Below, one piece after another: positions 36,920 through 48,663 of a stretch of DNA of 64,000 nt (positions are counted from its first letter, which is position 1; the number at the start of each line of letters is the position of its first letter). The notes under the pieces are model-generated. The model saw nothing but the letters and a program-made list of their open reading frames with translations. It was not told the DNA's origin and did no database searches. Location: positions 10,770,537-10,834,536 of the forward strand of contig CM082577.2 in assembly GCA_040954595.2 (NCBI GenBank), given 5' to 3'. This DNA is from Balanoglossus misakiensis. Lineage: Eukaryota > Animalia > Hemichordata. The position numbers and the translations under genes are program-made.

Positions 36920-37416
36920 AGGTACATGAGCTGCAACTGGATAAAAAATTAAAGTTGTAAATAATCTCATATATGCTTTTAATTATGTCTATTAAATGAT
37001 ATTTCATGATAAAATATCAAGCTTAACACTTATTTATGACAAAATGGAAAAAATTAAAGAAAAACGAAAATTCCCGAAATTTTTAAAAAAGTGCAATATT
37101 GCACTGAAAAGGAAAAACATAATGTCTAAGCGGTGTACATTTACTTCCATGAGCTCACGTGGATGAGATCATGTTTTGTTCATGAAGTTTCATTATAACC
37201 GGAAATGCAACATTTTCATTGTTTCTTGCATTTTCCCACGGTGGCGGCCATAATCGCTTGCGGCAAAGCTTTATTATTTATCTGGTTAAAACTTGCATAT
37301 GCACTCATATTTAGGGTTTATAATGCTTCTGTTTAGTTCACTGCCTTCATCTGCATGGACTAATGGTAGTACAGTTTGAAATGATAATTATCCCAAAAGT
37401 TGCAGCTTATGTGCAT
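36920..37416. mobile_element. TTAA-target TIR element (Kolobok-like MITE) in LINE 3' region
   Basis: ttaa|AGGTACATGAGCTGCAACT ... AGTTGCAGCTTATGTGCAT|ttaa. Its right end recurs in reverse complement at 57645-57788. Confidence 0.75.
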
Positions 37417-39809
37417 TTAAGTTTATTTGTTTGTCTGTTGTTATTGAGCTTATTTTATTGATTCTTTTTTATTCTGTACAGTCTTTTTTATTTTAAACGA
37501 ACCTATTATTGGGGCAACCTGTTGGTTCGTGAATAAATACCAGTAAATAAATAAATAATGATCTTGGATTTTCTTCAATAGATATGTGTTAATTGCCATC
37601 ACCTTGATGCAACTGTATCATTATTTGTCTCTTAAGTTCCGTCAACTCTGGAAAATTTCATGTTTTCTCCCAAAAAATCAGCTGAACGTTTTTGTTCGAA
37701 GGAAATCTTCAGCTTTTTTTTCACAGATTCCCCCCCCCCCCAAAAAAAAAAAAAAATTCAGCTGTTTTTTTTTTGCAGATTTTTTTCTTCCCAAAACTTC
37801 CGCTGAATTCACTGATCGCACATTTTCGGAAAGGTGTGGTTATAAATGTCACATTTATAAAGCTCATTATTATTACTTCTACAATATTATATTTGTTCAA
37901 ATAGAGAAGGTATTATTTTCGGACTGTGGATTCCGAAAATGGTTCGGAGCGTGTTCATTGTGTTTGACTCTGTTCGGTTTAAATCGAAGACTTCAACAAC
38001 GATCCATCGCTTCGTTGCATAGATCAGTTTTCAAGTGCTTTTGTGATTATCGTTTTGCATCTACTCGTTTCAAAAGTACAAGTGCGAGTGTTATCTGAAG
38101 TGCTGTTACAGTTACAGAGACTGTCACATTTGGTATTTTGTAATACACTGTACAACATAATTCACGCGTAAACGACGAGACGCCTCGCACTTCAGATCGC
38201 TGGGCGTAACAATTGCATGCTGAGAAACGCAGTCGAATTTTCCAGCTTCGATTCGACTCGCGAGTAAATGCATTTTAGTATTGTGTACATGTGTATATAC
38301 AATTGCGTGTCAAAGTCCGCATACGCAGCGTAGTATACTTACCACAATTGGCAACAAGTGTTTTCTTCAGTCAGTTACTTAGACGCTTGTTGAGTCCTCC
38401 CTGAAAATGTTCTCCCAAAAGGTTCGTCTAGAGTAAGCTTTGATAACAGATTCGATGTATATATACACATGTACTATGTATGTGTGTGTGTGTGTGTGTT
38501 GGTATATGATTAATTATATTTAATGTATATCATGCTGGCTACCGTCCGCGATTCTGATTGGACGAGACGGCTAGCAGTAGTAAACAGGCCCCTGAAAATG
38601 TAGAGCTAAACCAAATAAACAAAGCAAAACACCCTTGAATTCACTTCATGTTTAATGCTCGATCGACGATCCCGGGCACTCGTGTTTTTATTCATCGACG
38701 CGAGTTTGGTTCAATTCGTAACTTCTTTTTCTGACGCTGTTTCGTTAAGCGAGTGCTATATGCCGCGAATTATACCCAAATCTCACGCATACCCGGCTTC
38801 GGCGAGGTTAAGGCCGAGTTTTGTGTTTGCACTTCCTTTAAAATTCTTGAATGACATCTTTTTATTTAGAGAATAATGTACGCCCCGAAGACCCATAATG
38901 AATGAAAGCACACATTGTGCGACATAATGTACGGGACGAAGTCGAGTACATTATCAGGAGTACGACTTCAGACATCAAGAAATAAATAATGAAGGTTTAT
39001 TAACGCATGTGAAATTTCATTTTACAGGTTCTGCTGAAAGATATCCGAAAAATCTTAGCTTTCTGTGAAATCTTGGCGAGGACTCGGGGAATCTTTGCAT
39101 TGGTTTGCGTTTCTCAGGAAAGTTCACGTATACGGGCGCTCGAAAGGTTCAAGTTGCAATAGGCCTACCTTAGGCCAACATAAACATCTTCGAGAGGTGT
39201 CGCACGGCAGGAAGTTGATATTGAATTTGATACCACGGTTTGCTGATCGTTATTATAGGATATTGAATCCGATTGTTCGCTCGAAACTCCTCTCGATAGG
39301 AGTTGGACAAGCAGGACGGACTTGCGCTTAGAGCGAGCACGTCCGTTGTCACAACTTCATTGAAGCCGCGATAGCTGTAAACAACATGACAGTGACAATC
39401 GCGCCATAACTTTTTTACGTATAGCTTTGTTAACATGGCTGCTCGGTACAGGGTACACGGTATATATGGTGAACGAGTGCCAAATCCAGCATCACCGAGA
39501 GTTATGTCTTTTACATTACACAATGCATACATTTCTTATATACATGTACACAAATTTCCAATGAAACTATCTTGATGTATTCTCCTTTGTAACTCCATGA
39601 GCTAAAGTCCAAATGTTCTTCAAATCAATGATTTGTTCGAACTCATGCTGCCAGTACCGGCTGGTTGTGAAATCAACTTACCAGACATCTATTTTTTGCT
39701 TTAAATTTCATCAACTTCGTTCATTTTCTTGTTCTTCATTTCAATATATTCTGCTCTACGTTTAATGAACTTTAACAAAAACATTATATTCACAATTCCA
39801 CAAAATGCA

Positions 39810-40625
39810 AAATTATATTATCTGGGGCAACACGTACTCTTCTCGCCTTGAACCCATCCTTAGGTTACAAGAGAGAATTGTACGCCTTATCACCTTCTCC
39901 AGTTTCTGCGCTCACTCAAATCCACTTTCCCACCAACTAACAATTCTCGACATAAACAATCTCTGTACATTCGTCTTTGACCTAAAGCATAATCATTATT
40001 CCCTTGACATCACTAAAATTTTCCGACCATTTGTGCATGACTGTCCTACCCGTCAAGTCCTTGCTGGAAATGTGTATATCTCTAAACACCACCTCACATT
40101 AACACATAATCAAATTACGTTCGCTGCTGCTAAGCATTGGATCTCACTTCCCTCCTCTTTCAAGCAAATAACATCAAGACAGAATTTTAAAAAGGTACTG
40201 AAACAAAATCATCTCAACTCTTTGGTTGAGTAGTCTAGTTTTTTCTCCGAAATTTGTCAAATTTCATTTTAGTTCATTCAGTTTTCTTCAGCCTAAAGGG
40301 TCGAGGCAGTTTCTATGTCCTTCAGAATTTTTCCCTTTTCCTAGATTATTCTGTTTCTCTGTTGCTTAATTTGTTTTAGCACCAGTTTGATCTTTTAGAG
40401 TTTTTTCTTTATGTATTATGTATTCAGCATGCACCTGTTCTGACGTATAATGTACATCTTCTTTGCAATTCGAGACAATTTTCTTCTTTCTTTTTATTTC
40501 AAACATTTTGTTCGGGCCATGAAGGAAGACTAGTTCTGACGAGCTATATTTCATGGTCCCCACCAATAGTACAAAAAACAAAACAAATTTATGTAATGTA
40601 AGTACTTCTAATGGTGAAATAAATT
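39810..40625 (+). mobile_element. 3' fragment of an L2/Crack-like LINE
   Basis: IIWGNTYSSRLEPILRLQERIVRLITFSSFCAHSNPL..LTILDINNL...H...TR...AAKHWISLP...FKKVLK is a typical ORF2 C-terminus, followed by a T-rich 3' UTR and AATAAA near 40618. Confidence 0.75.
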
Positions 40626-41054
40626 AATATTATTCTTATAGGGAGTCTTCAATGCACCAATCTTGGCAGAGATCAGAGACACCCGAGAATGTCGCTGAAT
40701 TGTCAAGAATAGTTAGGAAATATCGATCATACAACAAGTTGTGAACTCGACCACGCTTACACCTGCAGTTAGAGTGTGGATTGCGTTTGGGTAACTACCC
40801 TAGAGCATGGAATAGTGGCAAGTTTCGATATACGAAGATCACCTAGGAATGAATATTTATGCTGGTAGGCTAGATGCCTTATTTCTATAGAAACCAGACT
40901 CGCCCGTTTCCTAGCAGTACATTTAACTTCAGTGTGTGCACAACAAATTATAGCTGGGATGTATTTGGAAGTTATTACATAAGGGTGATGAGGACCCAAA
41001 GTGGTTTTGTCCGCTGATGTCTCGTTCACGAATCACGTAAAGTATAATTTGCTA

Positions 41055-41430
41055 ACAATAATTGGTATTTCCGTTCCTTATGGCTATGCAGGTGCTATAA
41101 AGAAAACATGAGTTTTCCTTCAGAGTCTATATATGTTTCGTTTGCTTTTTGGCGATCCAGAGGGCTTACCTTAAATTGTAATATTCAGATTGTCAAAACA
41201 TTAATAATCTCCAAGTTTTTGTAGATTTTAAACCTTATTAATATCAAAATCTTTGATAATTTGTATTTCCGTTTCTTATGGCAATGCAGGTGCTATGAAG
41301 AAAACATTAGATTTTCTTCGGAGTCTGTATAAGAAGGATTACCTCATATGGTTATATTCAAATTGTCAAAACAAGTTTTTGTACTTTTTCAACTTTTATA
41401 ATTAATATCAAATTCTCTGATATCAAGGCA
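41055..41430. repeat. Diverged tandem duplication, ~198-bp unit, ~2 copies
   Basis: GTATTTCCGTT.CTTATGGC.ATGCAGGTGCTAT.AAGAAAACAT at ~41066 and ~41263. Confidence 0.7.
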
Positions 41431-44400
41431 ATTGACAGCGTCATTAACTGTGTCTGCGGTTGAGGTGTGTTACAATAGTTTTTGTACTTCTTTTTAAAAA
41501 GTTGAGGAGACCATAAATGCGAATGTCTACCTACTTTATGGAAAAAGTTTTCCGTACACACGGGGATCTGCAGGTATACATGATGTACCTCCCACTCTTT
41601 GTTGTAAAAATTTTTTTCAAGGAGACACATTATTTAATTTATTCTCTCTTTTCAATACTTGTCACAAAGAAGACTATTTATGTTCGTATTGTTAAAATAG
41701 ACTCCCTTTAAACTGTAAAAGGTGTCAACTAGGACCAGAGTCAGAGAAAATGTGTCCACCCACACCAGGTCGGACCAGAGTAGAACACAAACCACCCCTT
41801 TCGACTGGGACAAAAAATGTCCGGACAAGGGTCGGCCAGACCCGTTCACGCCTGTTTTTTGCTCGGCCACGTACCTGTCTAGTAGTGTGTTCACATCTAG
41901 GCCCGTGGCCGGGCAAAACTATAATATAGACTTCCATATCACCTGCTAAATGAGAAAAAAAAACAGGTTTTTATTGATGAGGATACTGTTGAAGTGCAAT
42001 ACTATAGTTAGTTTATTATGTCAATAGTAATACATAGGTGGAGAAAGTATACGTATTGTATGCAGTTGAAATTCGCAAACTGTTTTTTGTTGTTGTTTTT
42101 CAAGAAAGAAATACGCGACTACATCATACACACGAGGCAACTCACCGAGCAACTCAGGTTGCGTGTCGAGTTGCCTACCGAGATGCGGGAGATGGTGAAC
42201 GCGTCCGAACGGAATTCCGAACGGTAATTTATCATGTGCAGAAAAGACGCGCAGAACCGGAAAACAGTCCCCAGCGGCCATCCCTATACCTATTTCCCTA
42301 CCTACGGGCCATTGTCGGGCATTGACTCTGACAACCATGTATTATCACGGGTTTTTGCAATTATGGCACGTGGTTCGGTCAAGGATGTGGAACACAGCGT
42401 GTAATATAAAAGTTTGTATGCTCAGTGCAGCAACCTTCACCGACGACGATTAGGCAGAAAGAAATATGAGTGTATAGCTTTGTAAGGCAGTGAGTTATCA
42501 TTTGTAAATGGAGTTGAACACTTTCACAATCGAATCATGTCCAATGCATCCATTTTCTACTGCATGCAATTCGCTGCAGGAAATTCCCCATTGAATTATT
42601 TTGAATATTTTACTGACGCGGAATTATTGTCATAGGATATCACATGTATATCCTCCTCATGTAAAAGATCAAAGTGTTACCATCATTGTTATGTAGCCTA
42701 CTGAGAAACCAACAGGGTAAATCAACAAAGGTAAAGACGGCTCCACACTCCACACCCGATCGAAGTGAGGTTGTGCGGAGTCATGTTGTGCACAGTAGTA
42801 CGGGGCAGTTCTGAATTCGAATTCTATCAGCGTGCATAAATTATTATTTTTGTTTCACCTATGAGGCTTTCTGAAACCAACGGTGATATTGGTTCGAACT
42901 TATCAATATGAATCTCATTAAACCCGTCACTGCTGATGTCATTAGATATCATCTCTCCCCAGCTGCAATATTGGAATAGCCCATGTAGAATGACTGATCA
43001 AGCGTCATTGTACGAGATAGACGAAGGATGGTTGTTTTGAAAGCCCACAAGCGGTCAAATGATAATCGTATTGGCCCGTAGTCTACAGAGAAATATCACA
43101 GGTCCGCCCAAATAATGATTCGTGGGCGTTCAAGTTATTCACCGGAAAATCTTGATGAATCTGTTCAATCAAAACTTTCACCCAAGGCAATGCGCTTCGC
43201 TGCCATTTACTGAATGTCCCTCCAGTTGTCAATGCCGGCGTCTGTTGACTGAATATATGTATCATCATACATGTAAACACAATGCACATGATCAGGCATA
43301 TCATCAATTCCCGGCAGCTGGTAAATACGCTGATGATGATAGACACTACGGTTGCCCCTACACGCCAATGAAGTATGATTCACCCCACGGCACATTGCTA
43401 AAATGTGAGCTTCCCTCTAGTCCTATAGTTTGCAAAATTTGACCCTCGCACAAAGCTATATGGTAATGTTTGGTAGAGGCATGTACGGTGCGGTGGTAGA
43501 CTGAAAGATTCAGTCGTGTGCGGGCGCTCCGGCAATGCTCGCACAGGACTGAATCTTTCAGTCTAGTCCCATACTGTACGCCCATTAAACCTTATTAGTT
43601 TGAAAGTTAAACTGACTTGCTTTTGGCCACTTCAAAGAAGGTTCCCTCTCGTTTATATGGATCCTGTGGGTCCTTTGTGTTTGATCCGATCTTTACATCA
43701 TTGAAGTAATCCAGGATGACGTCAACGCGATTGGCCCGGTGTATTATGGGCTGTTTCACCCAACAAATACCATAGCTGTTTACTTCTGACTTGTAAGTAC
43801 ATTGTATGTACTGACTTGAACACTTCTACTCATATTATCAATAGAATACAAACAATATGTGACTATAGGTATATTATAGTTTTTATTTGGTATAGAATGT
43901 CCTAAGACAGTGAAACCTTGACAGATACATTGTAAGCTGCCGAAGCATACAACACACACGCAAATTTTAACACTAAACTAAAGTTACCCTATTTAAAGTT
44001 TTTCAATATATAATGGTGGATTAATGCAGGAGACTTATTATATAAATCGGACCAGAGTCGCGACGGACCAATGTGATCAGTTTTTGTGTGATATGATGAA
44101 GATAGTTATGAATCAATGCTTCCCTGACTTTTCTGGTGAAATGTGGAATGAGGAGTACTGTAGTATCTCCAGACCTTTCATTTTCACGTTTAATATAGAA
44201 TCGTTGCAAGTGCCCCACGGGTGATAATATTTAAATTTAAACTAAGAAATTTATATAATAATAATTATATTCTTATTCGCATTCAACTGAAACCCCTTGA
44301 CCAAATGCCACAGAATTTGTACATCGCTTTGCCACGGGAAGCTAGGTTTGCATAGCATACATAATATTAAAGAACAATTTTCATAATTAATGACTTCTGT

Positions 44401-45458
44401 TCCTAGCCATGGACAAACATTGCCATTTGCTAAATTGCATAAGGTAATTCCTGGATAACAAGTGTGTCTCTAAGTGTCAATGTATCTGCGACGTCTTCGT
44501 GACGTAGTCTGCATGACAAGTTGTCGTTTTCTAGCCACGGCCATCAGTGATCAGTGTGTCTTCATTCTTGAGAGTTAGGTTAGAATGTGTCTTGTTGACT
44601 GTGGGTGGCGGGATGGCGACAGGATTGGTACTGCAAGTTAAGCAAACAAATATTCGTGCTTACAGACAGCGCTTCCAGATTGGGTCCAAAAAATACCAGA
44701 ACGGTGCCAGTCGCCGATGATGTAATGGATAAGTATTCAAATGTGCTAGTGATGTACATATGTGCATACGTATGTGTGAAGTGCCATGTTATTTTTGACA
44801 TGTGAATTTTCGTCCAGGACCCAAATCCAATTGCCAACAATAACATGACCGGTTAAACGAACACATATAGGCTGTGGCGGCATGATAAGAAGTCCGCATG
44901 TTGCAGGAAGTAGCACAAGAAACTGCATTGGACAAACAGCTGGACAAACATATTCGTCAGTTCGCTACATCATATGTGAATACAAGCTTTCATTTCTCTC
45001 TACTATACAGCGATTTACTCTGCAGGCATAAAATATGAATGACAGGCGTAATGACAATGTCGTTATTATTCCTCAAATAAGAAGCTCATTAGGAAAAGAT
45101 CCTTTATCAATAATTGATCACGCTGTTCAACAAACGTTTACAATATCAACATTTTGAATATTGATGAAATTTAGCCAATTTATAAAATTAGTCCACAATT
45201 TTAATCAGGTACGTCACTCTAAATGTATTGAACTTCTGCTCAAACATCCGTACAAACGGTATCACTCGAAGGCAACGATAGCAATGACGCAATGTCTTGC
45301 TTTTTTCTTATTTTATTGGCGGTGCTGGTCGTAAACAAATTATGATGAAAGCACTACTATTTGTGAAGATCCTGTGTATTCGTATTGTAATTGCTACAGA
45401 AAATTTACATTTTTCTTGAAATACTATAGTAACATTTTCAACGGAAAATGAACGCTTA

Positions 45459-47074
45459 GGGAGCCGTCATTATTTATGGCCTGGGGGGGGGGGGGTCGGA
45501 GGAATGAAGGGGGGGGGTTACTCAAAAATTGGAAGGCTGCAGGGGGGGGTTTCTCAAAAATTGTAGATGAAGAGGGGGGGGTCACTCATTTTTGGGAAAT
45601 GTATCAAAGTTTTTCAACTGAAAGATTTAGTTGTGTGCTGTGCAAGTGCTGCAGCGCTCCGCGACCTCCGGTCGCGGAACACCAGAGTGTCCACACTGCA
45701 CTGTCAAAGTATTTTTCCCAAAATTTGCTGATAAAGGATTGGCATGCTTGCCTGATCATGCATAAAAAACATATGTCCTTATTATATCAACAAAGTTTGA
45801 TAATCATTTTGACTTTTAACGATGCCTGTCCAAATTACACAATGCTACTTGATGGTTACTGGTTATGGGTGAGCTTTTACGGTAATCATTATTTAGTTGT
45901 GACTTTGAGATTGTTTTGTTGTTTCACCCTTTTCAATCCATCATGATGCAACTGATGATCACCTACAATGTAGCAGGGTGAACCTGGAGTTGAAAGGTCT
46001 TTTACTACACTACTGTAATAGTGAACACCTATTGCCTGGCCATGAGGGCCATAGCGGCCGTTTATTACACCCGAGGGGCTGTGAGTTACCAGAGCATATG
46101 ATTCTGGTAACTCACAGTCACGAGGGGGTAAAAACGGCTGCTATGGCCCGAATATAGGCCAGGCTATAGGTGTTTATAATAAACCTCATGCTAACAGCTG
46201 GGAAAATCTTCCAATTTTCTCTTGAGGTTGGCAGACGACATCTTCAGTGGTGGCCATTGTGTCAGACGACGCGACGCTGATTGACGTGACCACGTTGGTC
46301 ACGTGACCGGTTTATATTTTTTCTGCTATTTCCCTAGCGGTTCATCATGTTCATAGTCGATTCTATTTTCCTATCACGTGACGGATTCTGGCGAATCACG
46401 GCACAGTATTAGCATGAGGTATATTATAATGATTTTTATAATATACCTCATGCTAATACTGTGTCGTGATTCGCCAGAATCCGTCACGTGATAGGAAAAT
46501 AGAATCGACTATGAATCCCTCTAGGGAAATAGCAGAAAAAATATAAACCGGTCACGTGACCAGCGTGAGTGCGCAGACTCGGTCACGTCAATCGGTGTCG
46601 CGTCGTCTGACACAATGGCCACCGCTGAAGATGTCGTCTGCCAACCTCAAGAGAAAATTGCAAGATTTTCCCAGCTGATAGCATGAGGTTTATTATAAAA
46701 CACCTATAGCCTGGCCTATATTCGGGCCATAGCAGCCGTTTTTACCCCCTCGTGACTGTGAGTTACCAGAACCATATGCTATTTCCCTCGGCCTGCGGCC
46801 TCGGGAAATAGCATATGATTCTGGTAACTCACAGCCCCTCGGGTGTAATAAACGGCCGCTATGGCCCTCATGGCCAGGCAATAGGTGTTCAATACAGATA
46901 CATGTATTGATATGTAGTTGTTCCGGTTTTAGGGGGGGGCCAGTCGAAATTTCTGTGTTGGAAGGGGGGGGTTTCTCAAAATCTGCATGCTTGGCAGGGG
47001 GGGTTTCTCAAAATTTTGGAGTTTCTAGTGTAATTCCTCCGACCCCCCCCAGGCCGTAAATAATGACGGCTCCC
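45459..47074. mobile_element. Non-autonomous PIF/Harbinger-like TIR element (TTA TSD)
   Basis: tta|GGGAGCCGTCATTATTTATGGCCTGGGGG...TCGGAGGAAT and ATTCCTCCGACCCCCCCCAGGCCGTAAATAATGACGGCTCCC|tta. Subterminal GGGGGGTTTCTCAAAA repeats at both ends. Confidence 0.8.
46022..46891. repeat. Large inverted repeat (foldback element), arms ~410-450 bp
   Basis: TGAACACCTATTGCCTGGCCATGAGGGCCATAGCGGCC... is mirrored by ...GGCCGCTATGGCCCTCATGGCCAGGCAATAGGTGTTCA. The centre is GGTATATTATAA-tgattt-TTATAATATACC near 46430. Confidence 0.93.
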
Positions 47075-47249
47075 TTAGTGTTGAACCTAAATTGATCAGT
47101 AACACAGACATAACTATGAACCCGAATCCTCTGTTTTCGATGCCGGAAGATTAAAAAGACTTGGTTGCTCCTTTACTCCTTCCATTTGCATTACAGTACA
47201 CAATTTTGTACCGTATAAAATTCAGTCATTTACCATACTTTCCAATTGC

Positions 47250-47802
47250 AGTGTAATGTAGTGTAGTGTAGTGTAGTGTGGTGTGGTGTAGTGTAGTGTG
47301 GTGTAGTGTAGTGTGGTGTGGTGTGGTGCGGTGTTGTGTTGTGTTGTGTGGTGTGGTGTGGTGTTGTGTGGTGTAGTGTGGTGTGGTGTTGTGTTGTGTG
47401 TAGTGTGGTGTGGTGTAGTGTGGTGTGGTGTTGTGTTGTGTGGTGTAGTGTGGTGTGGTGCGGTGTAGTGTGGTGTGGTGTGGTGTGGTGTTGTGTTGTG
47501 TGGTGTGGTGTGGTGTTGTGTTGTGTGGTGTGGTGTAGTGTAGTGTGGTGTGGTGTGGTGTTGTGTTGTGTGGTGTGGTGTAGTGTAGTGTGGTGTGGTG
47601 TGGTGTAGTGTGGTGTGGTGTGGTGTGGTGTTGTGTTGTGTGGTGTGGTGTGGTGTTGTGTTGTGTGGTGTGGTGTAGTGTAGTGTGGTGTGGTGTGGTG
47701 TAGTGTGGTGTGGTGTGGTGTAGTGTGGTGTGGTGTAGTGTAGTGTAGTGTAGGGTAGTGTAGGGTAGGTGTAGTGTTGTGTAGTGTAGTGTAGTGTAGT
47801 GT
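47250..47802. repeat. Pentanucleotide microsatellite (GTGTG/GTGTA/GTGTT)n
   Basis: Directly visible. Confidence 0.97.
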
Positions 47803-47908
47803 AAATTACATTGGTAACCGTTTAGTCCTCACCATGAACTTCTCACATAGTTGTTGTATCAGATACCAGCGAGCAATTTCTTTATCGTGATGGATATACT
47901 ATACATAC

Positions 47909-48243
47909 CTTTCATTGTAAGCAATAAATCCAGGGGGTAGTGCTGCGCTTTGCTGCACTGGCGTGGCGTCCTGAGGATTTTGCTGCTGCGCAACCATCTG
48001 GTTTTCTTGTTCACCGTCGGGGTGAGGAGAGGGCATGTTGTCGTCACCAGCGTCAGACCCGGCGTCACTGTCGTTGTTCAATGCGAAACAAGAACACAGC
48101 AAGCTGACGACACCACCACCACCTCCACCACCACCGCCAGAACGACGAACGCCTCTACGCCGAGCAGCTCGTCTCCGACGGCGGACATGGCTTGCACGTG
48201 CCCGTCGCCTTCCACCACGCCTGCCACGTTCTCCTCCTCCCAT
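47909..48243 (-). CDS. Putative first coding exon of an uncharacterized Arg/Gly-rich then acidic protein; downstream exons not identified
   Basis: GC-rich ORF MGGGERGRRGGRRRARASHVRRRRRAARRR...GGGG VVSLLCSCF...NDSDAGSDAGDD...PPGFIAYNE in ACTATGG context, ending at a canonical donor GAAAG/gtatgt (phase 2). Confidence 0.55.
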
Positions 48244-48493
48244 AGTGTCCCCTCTCACCGTTAATTGTGACAAACAACAAATGGAAGTCAGTATTTATGT
48301 TAATAACCTTGTTGCTATGCCAGCAAGCAAGCGGGTGTCATATTAAGGGCGTGCCAACGACTCACAAACGGTGTGCATTGCCTATGGAGGACGAGGATAC
48401 AGTTTAATAGACAGTTTATGACTACTTAAATCAATTAAAACCAACTGGTAGATACTGGTTGACATAATTACAAATGTGCGCCTGCATGCTACA

Positions 48494-48663
<170 letters not shown>

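Larger units (their letters stand above)
31440..37557 (+). mobile_element. 5'-truncated, decayed non-LTR retrotransposon (CR1/L2/Jockey-type LINE ORF2), split by three insertions
   Basis: Removing the insertions rejoins NSISAN/SKRFWTFVNSK...IAEFFNQYFQSIF...AALK/KTDPTKACGPDGI...LKKCAEQLSIPL...ANVVPILK...NYRPISLL...QHGF..GRSTATNL...WLSTYLNGRFQRV...SGVP...LYINDM...LYADDSKL...KDLGV...LQDRRKFVD. Frameshifts and stops are present; tail is AATAAA plus (TAAA)n at ~37532-37557. Confidence 0.9.

Noticed and set aside
47318-47608. Cys/Val/Trp-rich ORF
   Set aside because: Translation of the pentanucleotide microsatellite.
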